NCBI GenBank assembly: GCA_004022145.1 | Contig: RCNU01000012.1 | Length of the DNA: 64,000 bases | DNA from: Paecilomyces variotii | Taxonomy: Eukaryota | Reading direction: 5' to 3' (one strand) | In this document: piece after piece, positions 38,301 through 49,610 of the stretch | How positions within the stretch are numbered: the first letter of the stretch is position 1 | How the letters are laid out: each line of letters starts with the position of its first letter | Notes under the pieces: model-generated | What the model saw: the letters and a program-made list of their open reading frames with translations, nothing else | Database searches by the model: none | Told to the model about the DNA's origin: nothing | Translations under genes and position numbers: made by a program

Positions 38301-41300
38301 GAGTACTCCGTACAGCAGTCTGACAATCCTTGATACCAAGACCCAGTTTTCTTCTACAGACACTTCGGCAGCATCTCTCTTCGCAGTACCCACAGTAACG
38401 CAGTGTGGTGTCTAAGTATGTGGATCATCAAACGTATATTTTCAAATGACAACCGATTTCACTACTTCGTCGCCATTTTCAAGGTTAACGACACGGGATC
38501 CAAAGCGTGAAGCATACTGGTTATCGGGATTTGACCGCCATAACAGCTGCTGATAGACACATGGAAGTACGTACGCATGTACCGAAAGGGAAAACGCTCA
38601 GAGCATCGTGGTGCGGCGTTCCCTGGCACTTGATTCCCAGAGAATTGGATCGAACCCGAGGGCAAGGCGCCTGGGACAACATAGGATGATCATTGACAAG
38701 AGAATCGTAGCGGCCTTGAATATTCGACGACAGGGATCAGGGCAACAGTGGGACAGTGTGAGGTCTTCTGAGACAGTAGAGTGTGCTCTTGCACAATTAA
38801 ATTCCACGTAGGATTGAATATCCCTGTCCCGGTTAGCACGAGAGCGCTTAAGGACCGGTAGCTCTGTGTGGCGTCAAGGTGATCATCCCTGCTGCTGCAT
38901 GATGGTATCTCAACTGGAAGTACGAAGCCAACTCCTCACTGGAGCTCTGTTGATAGATTCTATTGTCGCTCGTGGACCTAGGTTGTTCGACTAGCTGGCA
39001 GAGTAGACGATGCCAAAGGATTCGCATAACTGGCTGTTCTAGGGCAGTAGAGAATGGAATACACAAAGTATTATGGCATGCTGATGCTCCATAACTAGAA
39101 GTTTGAAAAATGCCATCTGATTTCGCGACTTACGTCTTTTGAGAGACGAGAAGACAGATGTACAGTTACACGTACAAGATGTTTCAGAGAGCTTTCTGGG
39201 TTTGCTTGCACAATCACCTGACGGCAACGACCTGCGGCTTCCTTGCCCCAGGCTGTCACGATCCCTGGGCAATAGCAGCAGCATTGGAAAAGACACTTGT
39301 TGACAGTGAAGACTACACAACTCAGAGAGTTGCTTTTTACAGATGTACAACACGACTCTGAGGCTAAAAAGATAGGCAAAGAGATACAATTAGTTACTCT
39401 CGAGGTATGTCATCTCAAATTGATGAACTCGTTTGGTCTGGAGCTGGGTTGTGCCTGTATCACAATGGCCCTAGCTGCATTGTCAACGGAGACTTTCTAA
39501 TTCCCAGATCAGAGCATTCTTCTCTCTGGATTCTAGATTGGAAACCGATCAGCCATCGATGAAGGAGGGCCCGAGACACAATGCTGAAGGACAGGGGAGT
39601 CTGTATTATTGCATGATCCTAAGCCACAGATCTCCCACCAGGAACACTGCTGACCGAATTTGTCATTAGAATTCGATAACTAGGCATCCTTAGCTATAGA
39701 ACTTCAACAGCACTATTTACTCGCTTGTGGATACTGGATACGTCGACTCAGCCACTTCCGACAACCGAAGCGAACACCGGACAATGAGCGATACTTATCC
39801 TTCAGGTATCGTCTGAGACGTGGGATGTGACTGAAAGATGAGAACACAACCCACCCCAGTCGAATGTCGCACAGACACTGCGAAGCCTCTACTTAGTGGC
39901 CCCCGTCCTGGGCGGATTGCCCTCAGGACTTGCCGTAGCCAACGCTCTCCGCAACCGCGTATGGAGCTTCTAAGCGATCAACCCGCAAGCCCGTGACTTC
40001 AAGACTGCCGCCGAGATCGACAGTTCATCACCAAGATAGTGCTACTCTACTGATTAATTTTCTCGCCATCGAAAGGTCCGGTTTCCGTGTCTGGCAAAGA
40101 TGCCACGGCATTAGCAACGATTCTCGTCTATCGTGGATTAGGGATCTCAAGCTCTCAGCTCTATCCACGTCTCGTATTCTCGGTGTCTCATTCCAGAGAG
40201 ACGTCATGCCATCTCCACGGACAATCAAGCAAACAGAAGTGTACGATGGCCATGCTGAGTGACGATGAAAAGTGCAGGGCCCTGTATGTGAGATCATCAC
40301 TGGATCTGCCCAATACGACACCATAATCTGTAGATTGCCAGAGTCTCCGTGATGCTCGAGACCCCTTTGAGGCTCTCCTCTCGGCCACGTCTCCACCTGC
40401 GGAGTTGCAGACTGGGAAAGTGGGTGGAAAGGCTAGGGCAAGCTATGGAAACCTGGAAGTCTTTCACTTCATCTCATCTGACTGCATGCGACTGCTATTA
40501 TTATTCCTCGGTTGTCCGATCCAGGGTCCAGCCCAACGCGAGGGTGGCCCCTCTCTGCAACCTGGGGCCGAATCTGCGATCACTCCACGTCCCTAACCCA
40601 GAGGCCGATATGATATGAAGCAGCAACCGGCTCCAGCAGGATGCATAGATGCGTTGGCATGACCTTCAGGCTTGTCGCGCGGCAGACGATGGTGCGATGA
40701 CTCCGCGTCCTCGTCAGAAAAAGATGACCTTCCTGAGTTTCTACTGCGGTGCAACGGGACCGACCCAACTTCAACGCTTCTCCTATTCGCTTCACGGTCC
40801 CGACAGTCTGGTTCAGATGCGAAGCCCCTTCAAGGATAGAAGATGCAACACCCAATCCTCACTTCACGCAGGTGTTGGTTCGACCCTCCATTGACACTAA
40901 GGAGCGCCGCTGCTCTCACAACCGCCGGACATTAGAGCGAGGGGAAGAGCAACCGAAAAAGTCCCACGCTTGCACATCAGGTTCGTCACTCTGTCGGCCT
41001 TTGTCACATCCACCCATGCTGGAGATTGTAATCTGAGAATGTCGAGAAACCCTGTCTGTTTTTCGATCGTGCGCGTTGCAGTCTGTGCTTGCGTAGTTTG
41101 TGGCCTGGTCACATCGAGCATCCTTTTTTCCCTCCTGTCAGACATGGGGAAGCGAGTCTGATTTTCGAGGCGCTGCGGCAACAAAAAGAAAGTTCCCCAT
41201 CCCCAAGACAGGAGCGGATCCACTAGGCAGTGACATGGCTGTTCGTGGGGGGTGTTCTGAATATGCCCGCGAAAATGCCAAGGTCCAATCTGGCTGGGGA

Positions 41301-42722
41301 GCTGCGCTTGTCGACTGTGTCTTGCAGTCGACAGATGGCCTATCAGCGCTTAGTGACTGCGGTTGGGTGTTGGAAGGGCTCTGCAAACAATGTGATACGC
41401 AGAAATCATCCTTTCTGCAGTGATAATCCCTCCTTTGCTAGGGCGATGATACGGCTGCGGTAGTATCAAACCCAGAAGACGAGGAATAATAGCACATTCA
41501 GGACGGCCTTCCATGTCTCTTGAAATTGCGCCTTGCAGCTAAACCATCCTAGGTTTGAGGGAAATTACTGGCATAATTATTGCACTAGTCTATACGGAAA
41601 TTGGCAACCGCTTCTGAGAAACAAAAGGTCGAATATGACCGTACTAGCCGGTGAAATAAGGGAGGGTTTGTTTTGTCCCATACTGCATGATGGTATCACC
41701 GACTAGCTAGTGTAGGGCCCGTTCGCGGGTGGTATTGTGTCATCCTCATCCAAGCAGCAGCGTATGGAGATGGTCCTGGCTTGTTCAGCTTGTTACTATT
41801 GCCGCGGAACTTTATCAGGCGCTATACCTGTGCAGCCACGAGGCACCAGAGAAAGCACAGAGGCCTTCTTCGGGTCTTTTGTAACACTAATTAGAGCAGA
41901 TCATCTGCTAAGTCTCGAGTCACGAGAAGCTACCGTCCGTTGATTGTTCAGGCAAAGAAATAAGCAGATTTCCTCGCGAGCTTTCTCACATTCATATCGG
42001 AAGCTGGTCAACAAAACCATCCAGTTGCAAAAGTACCTGGATGATCGTTTGATATTCTTTACTGCTCGTCACAAAAGCTATCTCACACAGCGTCCACGAG
42101 CTCTCCTGGAGGTCTTACTGCCAGCGCAAATCTGCCACTCCGCGTCGGTCAACGATATTTCTGTACATTCACCAGAATCGAGTCGAGTGGTCGAGAGCAG
42201 ACCGGGAGAACGCCGTGATACTTTGGAACGAAGGGCTCTCCTGAGCATATTTCTCCTCTGAAAGGACACCAGTGGTCTATCATCCGGAATATCAATTACT
42301 GTTGCCCCCCGTACCTTGACTCGAGACGAGCCTTGTACCCGACGATCTGCCTGCTCTTACAACTGTGGCACATAAGGCAGTTACATTCGACGCATTATCA
42401 GTGGTCCCCAGTTCAGAGCTGCTCTGGTATCCCTTACAACAATTATATCAGAGGCCATCGGCCTTCAGCCTGGAGGCCTCATAGACCTTCGAGAGCACGA
42501 ACAGCGCGTATATCAACGCCATACACCTGTTCGTGACACTTGAACCCACAGCCGGACTTCGTTTCGTTTGAATTTTCATCTCTTGCTCTTTTTGAGTGGC
42601 AGATTCTTCTATTCGACCATCGCCAGTTCGTGGCTTATCAGCATCCCGCAGAGAACTACTAGACCGATCTCTGTTGTTCACTGTTGGGAGTCACCGTGCT
42701 CTCTGCCACCAGTTTCGTTTCC

Positions 42723-43346
42723 ATGGCTCAGACAATGATGCAAGAGCTAGCTATACGCCCCCGTCAGCATCCAAGCCGGATATCGATCGATGCTCTTTTG
42801 AACCCTCAAGACGAAGAACGTGTCCCGCAAGAATATCCACGGGAACTGCAATACTACCAGAATCCCATTGCACTTCATTACTCCTCACAATCCGTGGGGT
42901 TCTCTGAACATATGGGCTTCGTCGGACCCCCACGATCAGCACACTCCTCTCCAGGTCCCTACAGACGCGAGCGGTACGACTCGGTATCGAGTAGCGCGTC
43001 CAATGTATCCGAACGTCGTCGTCCTCCTCGACCGAAGTACGAGGAAGAGGAGATGTATTTCATCTGGTATCACCGCGTCGATCTCTCTCAAGACTGGAAG
43101 GAAGTACGGGAAAGTTTCAACAGGCAATTTCCCAACCGACAACGACGTGGCTTCCAAGGGATCCAGTGCAAATTTTACCGTTTCATCAAAGAAAAGAAAT
43201 GCCCAACTTTAAGAGAGCAAAGACGCATGCGCGATGGAGAGTTCATCGCTCGTAACGGTTCAGGGCTGTCGGATTGTTCGCCCCGTTTCGGCGTCAGAGA
43301 GTGGCTCCCAGGCGTATGGTATCCGTGGATGAATACTAAATTATGA
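42723..43346 (+). CDS. Small putative transcription factor with Myb/SANT-like helical domain
   Basis: Single exon. 'RRPPRPKYEEEEMYFIWYHRVDLSQDWKEVRESFNRQFPNRQRRGFQGIQCKFYR' has Myb-like aromatic spacing. N-terminal 'ISIDALLN' motif. Confidence 0.72.
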   Translation: MAQTMMQELAIRPRQHPSRISIDALLNPQDEERVPQEYPRELQYYQNPIALHYSSQSVGFSEHMGFVGPPRSAHSSPGPYRRERYDSVSSSASNVSERRRPPRPKYEEEEMYFIWYHRVDLSQDWKEVRESFNRQFPNRQRRGFQGIQCKFYRFIKEKKCPTLREQRRMRDGEFIARNGSGLSDCSPRFGVREWLPGVWYPWMNTKL

Positions 43347-44394
43347 CATTGATAATCCCTATGCCTGGAGAAAATGTACCAGCTTTCCACGCTTGGTACT
43401 TTCTCACTTTTGATTATTTTCACATGGGGAATGTGCTACATTCCCTACCAGCGATAACTTCTCATGACAGTCTACGACAGCAGTGCAGTCATTTCATATT
43501 CCCCCCGACACAATTCTATGGCGGTGTTCTTGCGCTCTTTGCTTTGGACCTTGATTCCTGGCGTCTTTTATTTCGGGCATATATATTATATACATCTATT
43601 TGCAAAATGTCTGTCTTCAAAGTTCGGGAGTCTCGAACTTCACCCTAACCCTATCAAACCTGATATGAGTCACTGACTGTAATCTATTATCTCTATATCT
43701 CTTTTTGTTTTATTTTCACTTCTCTCTTTCTTCCACCTCGTGCCTCATATTTATCACTTACAGAAGGATATCATCACTTGGATCATTAGTTAGCACATCA
43801 TGGAAATAGTCTTCCTCCAGCATACGTGGCAGATAATCAAAGCATTATGGCTTCTTCCCTCATCTAACATACCAGACTTTCTTGTTCGTCCAAGTAGGTT
43901 AGCCGTAGAGAAAATATCTGTTCTACAACCCTGCAGTGCTGCCTAAGGCCTCAAGGCTGCCCTGGACGTGGGGTCCTTCCAAGACTCCGCGTATATCCGG
44001 CAGGTATCTAAGATGTATTTTAGAACTGTTGAGAACGTGACCAATCTGTCTGTCTTCTTTACATTTTTCTACTTTACAATTGGGAATCGTTGTGTTATTA
44101 CTGTACAGTAGGCGATACGAAGTGGGAATCCATCGGAGCTCAACTAGAAGGTATTTATTATTTCCATGAGCTCGAAACACCAAACTCATAGCTGCATTCA
44201 AGCCGACGCGTCAAAATGCCATGCCATAATAGATATCAAATGCCAGAAACCTAGCCAATGCATCAAAACACGAAGAGTAGCGTGCGAATATGCGATGAGA
44301 GAAAAAAGAAGGAGAAGACGAAGAAGAGGTGGGTGAGAAGGGAAGACGGAAATGAATGATTGAGTTGCCATAGGACATTCATTCTCTATCATCA

Positions 44395-46221
44395 TCACCA
44401 GTCATCTTCGTTCTCGTCCTCGGAATCGAGCCCATGGTGGAATCGCTGGCCGAATCGAGCCACGAGTTCGCCTTCACTGTCGTAGTCGTCCATGTCGTAG
44501 CCTTCGTCATCGGAATTGGCACGGTTGCGGTATCGGCTGTATATAGCAGAGGGATTGTCGTATTCGTCGGCTGAAGACAGCTCTTCGTCTGGGTAGTCGT
44601 TGGCGGGGTTATCCTCGGCTGTGGTTACGAGTCACGTTAGCAAGCCTGACTAATAAATGTATTATTATGATATGACGAGGGAAATATGCTTACCGTTCGA
44701 GTCGGCGTCTTCGCTATCCCATTTTTCTTCCTCTTCTTCATCCACCACGAATGGCTCCCAGTATTCTTCATCTTCCTGGGAGATGACCACAACACCAATG
44801 TCTTTTCGCGTGGTATCGATGTCAAGAAGAGGATCCGTAAGCAACCCATTGGCTGGTAGTGGCCGACGAACATAGACATCATAGACATAATCACCGTCAC
44901 TGTCTTCCTCTTCCTGGTGAGTTTCAACTTTCGTGGAGTCGGGTGCTCCCTCCTGCTCGGTCGTCTTCGCTGCACTCTCCACTATTGGAGTTCCTTGGCG
45001 CTGTCTGTTCGGAGTCCTAGGTTGGTATTTCAGGGCAGGTTTTGGAAGCACGTTCCGGGGAACAGGTGCAGGAACCTCCTTTGGCTCTGCAGGCTGCGTC
45101 TCCATCTGGGTTTCCAGGTCTCGAGCTATTTGATGAAACTGGCGGGCAAGCCCTTCTGACTCATCATCAACGTCAATATCCGGAGGAGTATGAACATCTT
45201 TATCATAATTCTCCGTGATATGCGTTTTCGCCGCAGAGATAGCGGCTTTCTGCTGCTCCCTCCAGAGTCTCTCTGCTCGGTTCACGACCGGACGCTTTCT
45301 AAGCGTAGGAGCGACCTCGGGAGCTTTATCAACGTCTGCGACTATGGGCTTCTCCAAAACATTCGCATCGCCTATAGCGTCTCCCGTACGTGCAATGGTC
45401 TCAAGCATAGCAGTCCTCTTCGGTTCCGGTTTACGCGCAAGCTTCTCTACCAGAATCGCTCGCGAAGGTCTCTTCTGCACACCTGCATGACCAGCCCTTA
45501 GTGGACTCGCTGGTGTGGCAGGTCGCGCAATATGGAACTTTCTCAGAGACGAAGTTCTTCTGTGCAAGGAATGAGGGCTATTTCCTGTACTGGGTCCGGA
45601 AGACACCGCACCCGCTGGCGTAGCTGGTCTAGAAACCTCAGCAGACGTAGCCGACTCATGTCCAGGAGTCGAGTTCAATGCCTCCCTGATCTGATCTTGA
45701 GCCTGTTTTTCAGCTGCTGCAAGCCGTTTCTTTTCTCGGAGCTCAGCCCCAGGCGACGTAGCGCGGACCAGAGGGATCACTCCACCGCCCAAAGTTCCAC
45801 GAGCGCCATTCGAAATAGGCGGAAATTGAATGTTGCTCACAGACCTTGGGCTACGGATCCCCCGTCTGGCAGGAGAGATCGCCGCCTGGGGAGGTCCAAC
45901 GGGTACTTGGCTAGCATCGCCACTGATTCGTACTCTCTGAAATACGAAATCTGTAAAGCGTCTCTTCTTCTGATGTAAGTCAGATTGAATATCTGTGATG
46001 ATCGTTAGTGTGAGTCAGATATTGATTTTGGAAATTGAGACTGCGTCGTATGGTTCTTACATCCTCACGGCCCATTCCACAAGAGAGGGCGGGAGGAAGA
46101 CAACAACGACTAGTCACAAATAAACATCTCAAGATACTGGTGAGAAGGACATACATAAAGTCTCCACCGGCTCTTCCTCTCTACGACGCTTGATGTTGAT
46201 GTGTTCTGGAGGCAGTGTCAT
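44395..46221 (-). CDS. IWR1: RNA polymerase II nuclear import factor Iwr1-like protein
   Basis: Exon 1 'MTLPPEHINIKRRREEEPVETL', then 'YIQSDLHQKKRRFTDFVFQRV', 'DYVYDVYVR' and the Iwr1 motif 'DSEDADSN/AEDNPANDYPDEEL' split by an intron (~44692-44619). Acidic tail; stop 44397-44395. Confidence 0.85.
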
Positions 46222-47066
46222 GATGTCGAGCGCAACGCCACCGAGCAACGAAGGGAATGAACAGACAGAGAGATGTGTAGAGTCTCGAGCTCTGCTTTTG
46301 CAACAACTCGCGATGTCCCCTCCGCCACATCGGGACTAGCGGCGCGCTTCGACCACGGCAGCGTATAGTCACGTGACAGATCGCGATCTGACTGATAAAT
46401 GAATCGAAGAGATTAACATAGATCGATACTCAAAGATGATTCCCAAGACATTTATTATTACTATTACTGTACAGTGGAGTTGGGACATGTGCATTAGACC
46501 CCATCGTCTGTGGCATCCAGACTCAAACTGCATCATTCTCGTGTAGAGCGACAGTAGAAGCGCATCATTGTATTGCTATCCAAGATTGCTTCTTCGCTAT
46601 TCCATTCCCTCTTCCAGCTCTTTTTTATTTCCCTTTATTTTCTCATTACCTCCGTGCAGCTCCCTTCCCGATGAGGTCTGGCCCAGAGTGGAGCATTTGG
46701 CTCAACAATCAATGTAATAAAGACGGCATCATGAACGGAAAGCAGAAAGGAACACGACAGGAAGGAACAGAGCCAACCAGTCTAGGGTATAGCCGACCTG
46801 TTGCGTCTTCGTAACCAACTGGATCGAAAGCTGTGCACAGCTTGTAGAAGGAGAAAACTTCGTAGCCAGCTAGCAATACAATATGATTAGGGGGGAAATT
46901 TTATTAAAACGGATTAGGCACGTTACCGCTGGATGTGTGAAGGTGTTTGGACAAGCAAAAAGAGAAAACACTTAATTGAAGCCAGTACAAGAAACGAATA
47001 AGTAAAGAAAAAACAGCGAAGGGTCAAGAATCAGAAGATGCCGATTGAAGTGAACAGAGAATGGCT

Positions 47067-49610
47067 TCATTTGGCCCCAATCTCCTCTTCAGCCCAGCCG
47101 GGCAGAGAGGATTCATTCTGGATAGCCAGACCAAAGCCATTGTGGTTCAGACCGCCAAGGGCGGAGCTGAAACTGGAAAAGCTACCCTGGGGTTGATGAG
47201 CAACACCGGAACGACCTTGGGTGGTTTGACCCACGGAAGGGCCGAACGCGTCAGGAGAAAAAGAAGGCAAGCTGACAGCCCGCGAATGTTGTGCGCGTGG
47301 CACGCTCAAGCTGCTACCCGTAGAGGTGTGGTGACCACCACTAGAGGGACCGCCGGAGACATTCAAGAAGCCACTGTTGGAAGGCTTGTGCTGATGCAAG
47401 GGGCTGTCAAGTCCGCCATTGGTAAGATCATTGGTGCCGGCACCATTGTAAAGCGCCGCTTGCTGGTTGGCAAGGGCTTGTTGTTGCTGTTGCTGTAAGG
47501 TGGCCAGGGTAATCGGATCACTAAGACGATTCTCCTGTTCCTGGGCCTGCTGCGCCGAAACCTGATTCAAATACATCGTCAAAGGGTTGCTGTTTCCCGC
47601 GTTCAGAATGCTGGATGGCGTCGAGACTGTCTGAAGGGGATGACGGGACTGGCCGTTCTGAGAGTGCGAGCCTGTCGAACCAGGAGCAGGCGAAAGAGCG
47701 GGCCTAGTCGGGCTCGACTGAGATCCTGACCGACTCAAATTCTGCTGGAAACCATTCAGAGCGGGAGATGGAGACTGGGGTCCTTCCAGTCCAGAGCCGT
47801 TACGGTTCTGCTGGTTGCTATTGACCTGACGGGGAGGATTGCCACAACGGTCCTTGCCAAAGTTGATCTTGAACCGCTTGTATTCCTCCCGGCTTCGCAT
47901 ACCCTCAATGGCCTTGATGGCGTTTGCAATGTTGGTGAAATTGACGAAGGCACAGCTCTTCTCTCTGAGAGTGTTGACTAGTTCGATTTCTCCGTACTCA
48001 GAAAAGTCCTGACGGAGGCGCTCTTCAGTCCACGTCTCGTCCAGATTACCAATGTATACATTGCGTGACGCGCCACCGCTAACAGCAAGGGCAATCGCAG
48101 GAGGCAAAGCGCCAGAGTGTTTACCCCAGCCAATCTTTAGCCTTCGGTTGTGGATCATCAGTCCCTGCAGGTTGCTCAGAGCGTAAAAAGAGGCCGCGGA
48201 CGTTGGGTCAATGAAGGTGACGAAGCAGATGTGCTTGTCTGGGATGTAACGGATGTGATGAAGAAGACCTCCACGAACAACATTGCAGATCTCCTCGACG
48301 GTAGTTTCAGGATGGATGTTGCCAAGGTAGATGGTTCGGTTTCCAAGGTTGTTGACACCTCCAGCGGTAGTTGCAACAGCAGCGGCAGCCACTGACTGCT
48401 GAGCCAAGGCATTGGAGATCAAGTCACGATCGGCGCTGTTAAGGATATGGGCGTAGCCGGGCGCAATTCCCAAGTACTGGGCGGCGTTCTGCTGCTGAGT
48501 CTTGGAAACGTATGCGCAGCGGTCCTTACCGTAGAAGACACGTTTCGGGGCCTGCCACTTAGGCTCCTGAGGCAGTTGAGAGACTGCCTTGATCGCGTTG
48601 CTGATGGACAAGAAGTGAATAAAACCAATGGCCTTCTCCTTCACAATCTTCACAGTATCAATGGGCCCAAATTTGCCGAGATCTTCCCGCAGTTCCTCCT
48701 CCGTGATATCTTCCGGTAGGTTTCCGAGATAAACGTTTCGTGAAGCTCCCGACTGCTGCACAGCCAGAGCCACAGAGGTTGGAACTTGAGAGGGCTTTCC
48801 CCATCCGATCTTGATGTCATTGCCCTTGATGGCCAACTTTTTCAAGATGGCATCCGAATGGAAATGGGTCGCTGAACTGCCATCCAAAAAGGAAATAAAA
48901 GCACAGTTCTTGTCAGGAAGCAGGCGGACAGACTCGATCTGTCCACTGCGCACATGGTTAAGGATCTCCTCTGCAGATGTCTCCGGAGGGATGTTGCCAA
49001 GGTACACAGTGCGGCTTGTTCCTGACATGATTCCCGGGGCGATTCCGACCGAGGCGGCTGGACCACCAAATGCAGCATTACCCATGCCGGGGAAACCACC
49101 AATTGGAGAATGGGGTCCACCCAGCAATTGGGAACCGCCGAAGCCTTCGGTCGACATCAGGGACGAATAAAGTCCTGGCGAGAGAGCGCCCTGCTGGGCC
49201 TGGGTCGGGCTACCGAGCTGGTTCTGGTGGTTCTGGCCGGGAGCCGAAGGGTTGCCCTGGGAAAAACCGCCAAAGTTCGTGAATTGCGGTGAGGCAAAGG
49301 CCGAAGGAGTCCCTGGCTGGAAGGGACTGCCTAGAAGCAGCTGCGATGGCAGAAGAGGTGTGAAGTTCATGTCGAAAGGCGCTCCGGATGCCGACAAGTC
49401 GTTGGCGTTGTGGCCGTTCGATCCTGTATTAATCGAAGGGATGTTCGCACGGCGAGTAACGCGGTCCCCGAAACCCTGACCACTGAAATTGTTGGAATTG
49501 TATGCACTGTGGGAGAAACCGGTGTGATCAGCGTTAATAGCGGATAGCTTGGACACCTGTGGGATCAGACGAGAACTATTAGGGATGGTCGAAGCATCCG
49601 AGGTTTGCAT
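47067..49610 (-). CDS. Four-RRM RNA-binding protein, S. pombe Nrd1/Msa2 and S. cerevisiae Mrn1 family (differentiation regulator)
   Basis: 847-aa ORF with RRMs 'RTVYLGNIP', 'ASRNVYLGNLP...YGKDRC', 'NRTIYLGNIHP', 'ASRNVYIGNLD...FGKDRC'. Low-complexity S/Q/G/N-rich termini. Confidence 0.92.
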   Translation of the reverse strand: MQTSDASTIPNSSRLIPQVSKLSAINADHTGFSHSAYNSNNFSGQGFGDRVTRRANIPSINTGSNGHNANDLSASGAPFDMNFTPLLPSQLLLGSPFQPGTPSAFASPQFTNFGGFSQGNPSAPGQNHQNQLGSPTQAQQGALSPGLYSSLMSTEGFGGSQLLGGPHSPIGGFPGMGNAAFGGPAASVGIAPGIMSGTSRTVYLGNIPPETSAEEILNHVRSGQIESVRLLPDKNCAFISFLDGSSATHFHSDAILKKLAIKGNDIKIGWGKPSQVPTSVALAVQQSGASRNVYLGNLPEDITEEELREDLGKFGPIDTVKIVKEKAIGFIHFLSISNAIKAVSQLPQEPKWQAPKRVFYGKDRCAYVSKTQQQNAAQYLGIAPGYAHILNSADRDLISNALAQQSVAAAAVATTAGGVNNLGNRTIYLGNIHPETTVEEICNVVRGGLLHHIRYIPDKHICFVTFIDPTSAASFYALSNLQGLMIHNRRLKIGWGKHSGALPPAIALAVSGGASRNVYIGNLDETWTEERLRQDFSEYGEIELVNTLREKSCAFVNFTNIANAIKAIEGMRSREEYKRFKINFGKDRCGNPPRQVNSNQQNRNGSGLEGPQSPSPALNGFQQNLSRSGSQSSPTRPALSPAPGSTGSHSQNGQSRHPLQTVSTPSSILNAGNSNPLTMYLNQVSAQQAQEQENRLSDPITLATLQQQQQQALANQQAALYNGAGTNDLTNGGLDSPLHQHKPSNSGFLNVSGGPSSGGHHTSTGSSLSVPRAQHSRAVSLPSFSPDAFGPSVGQTTQGRSGVAHQPQGSFSSFSSALGGLNHNGFGLAIQNESSLPGWAEEEIGAK

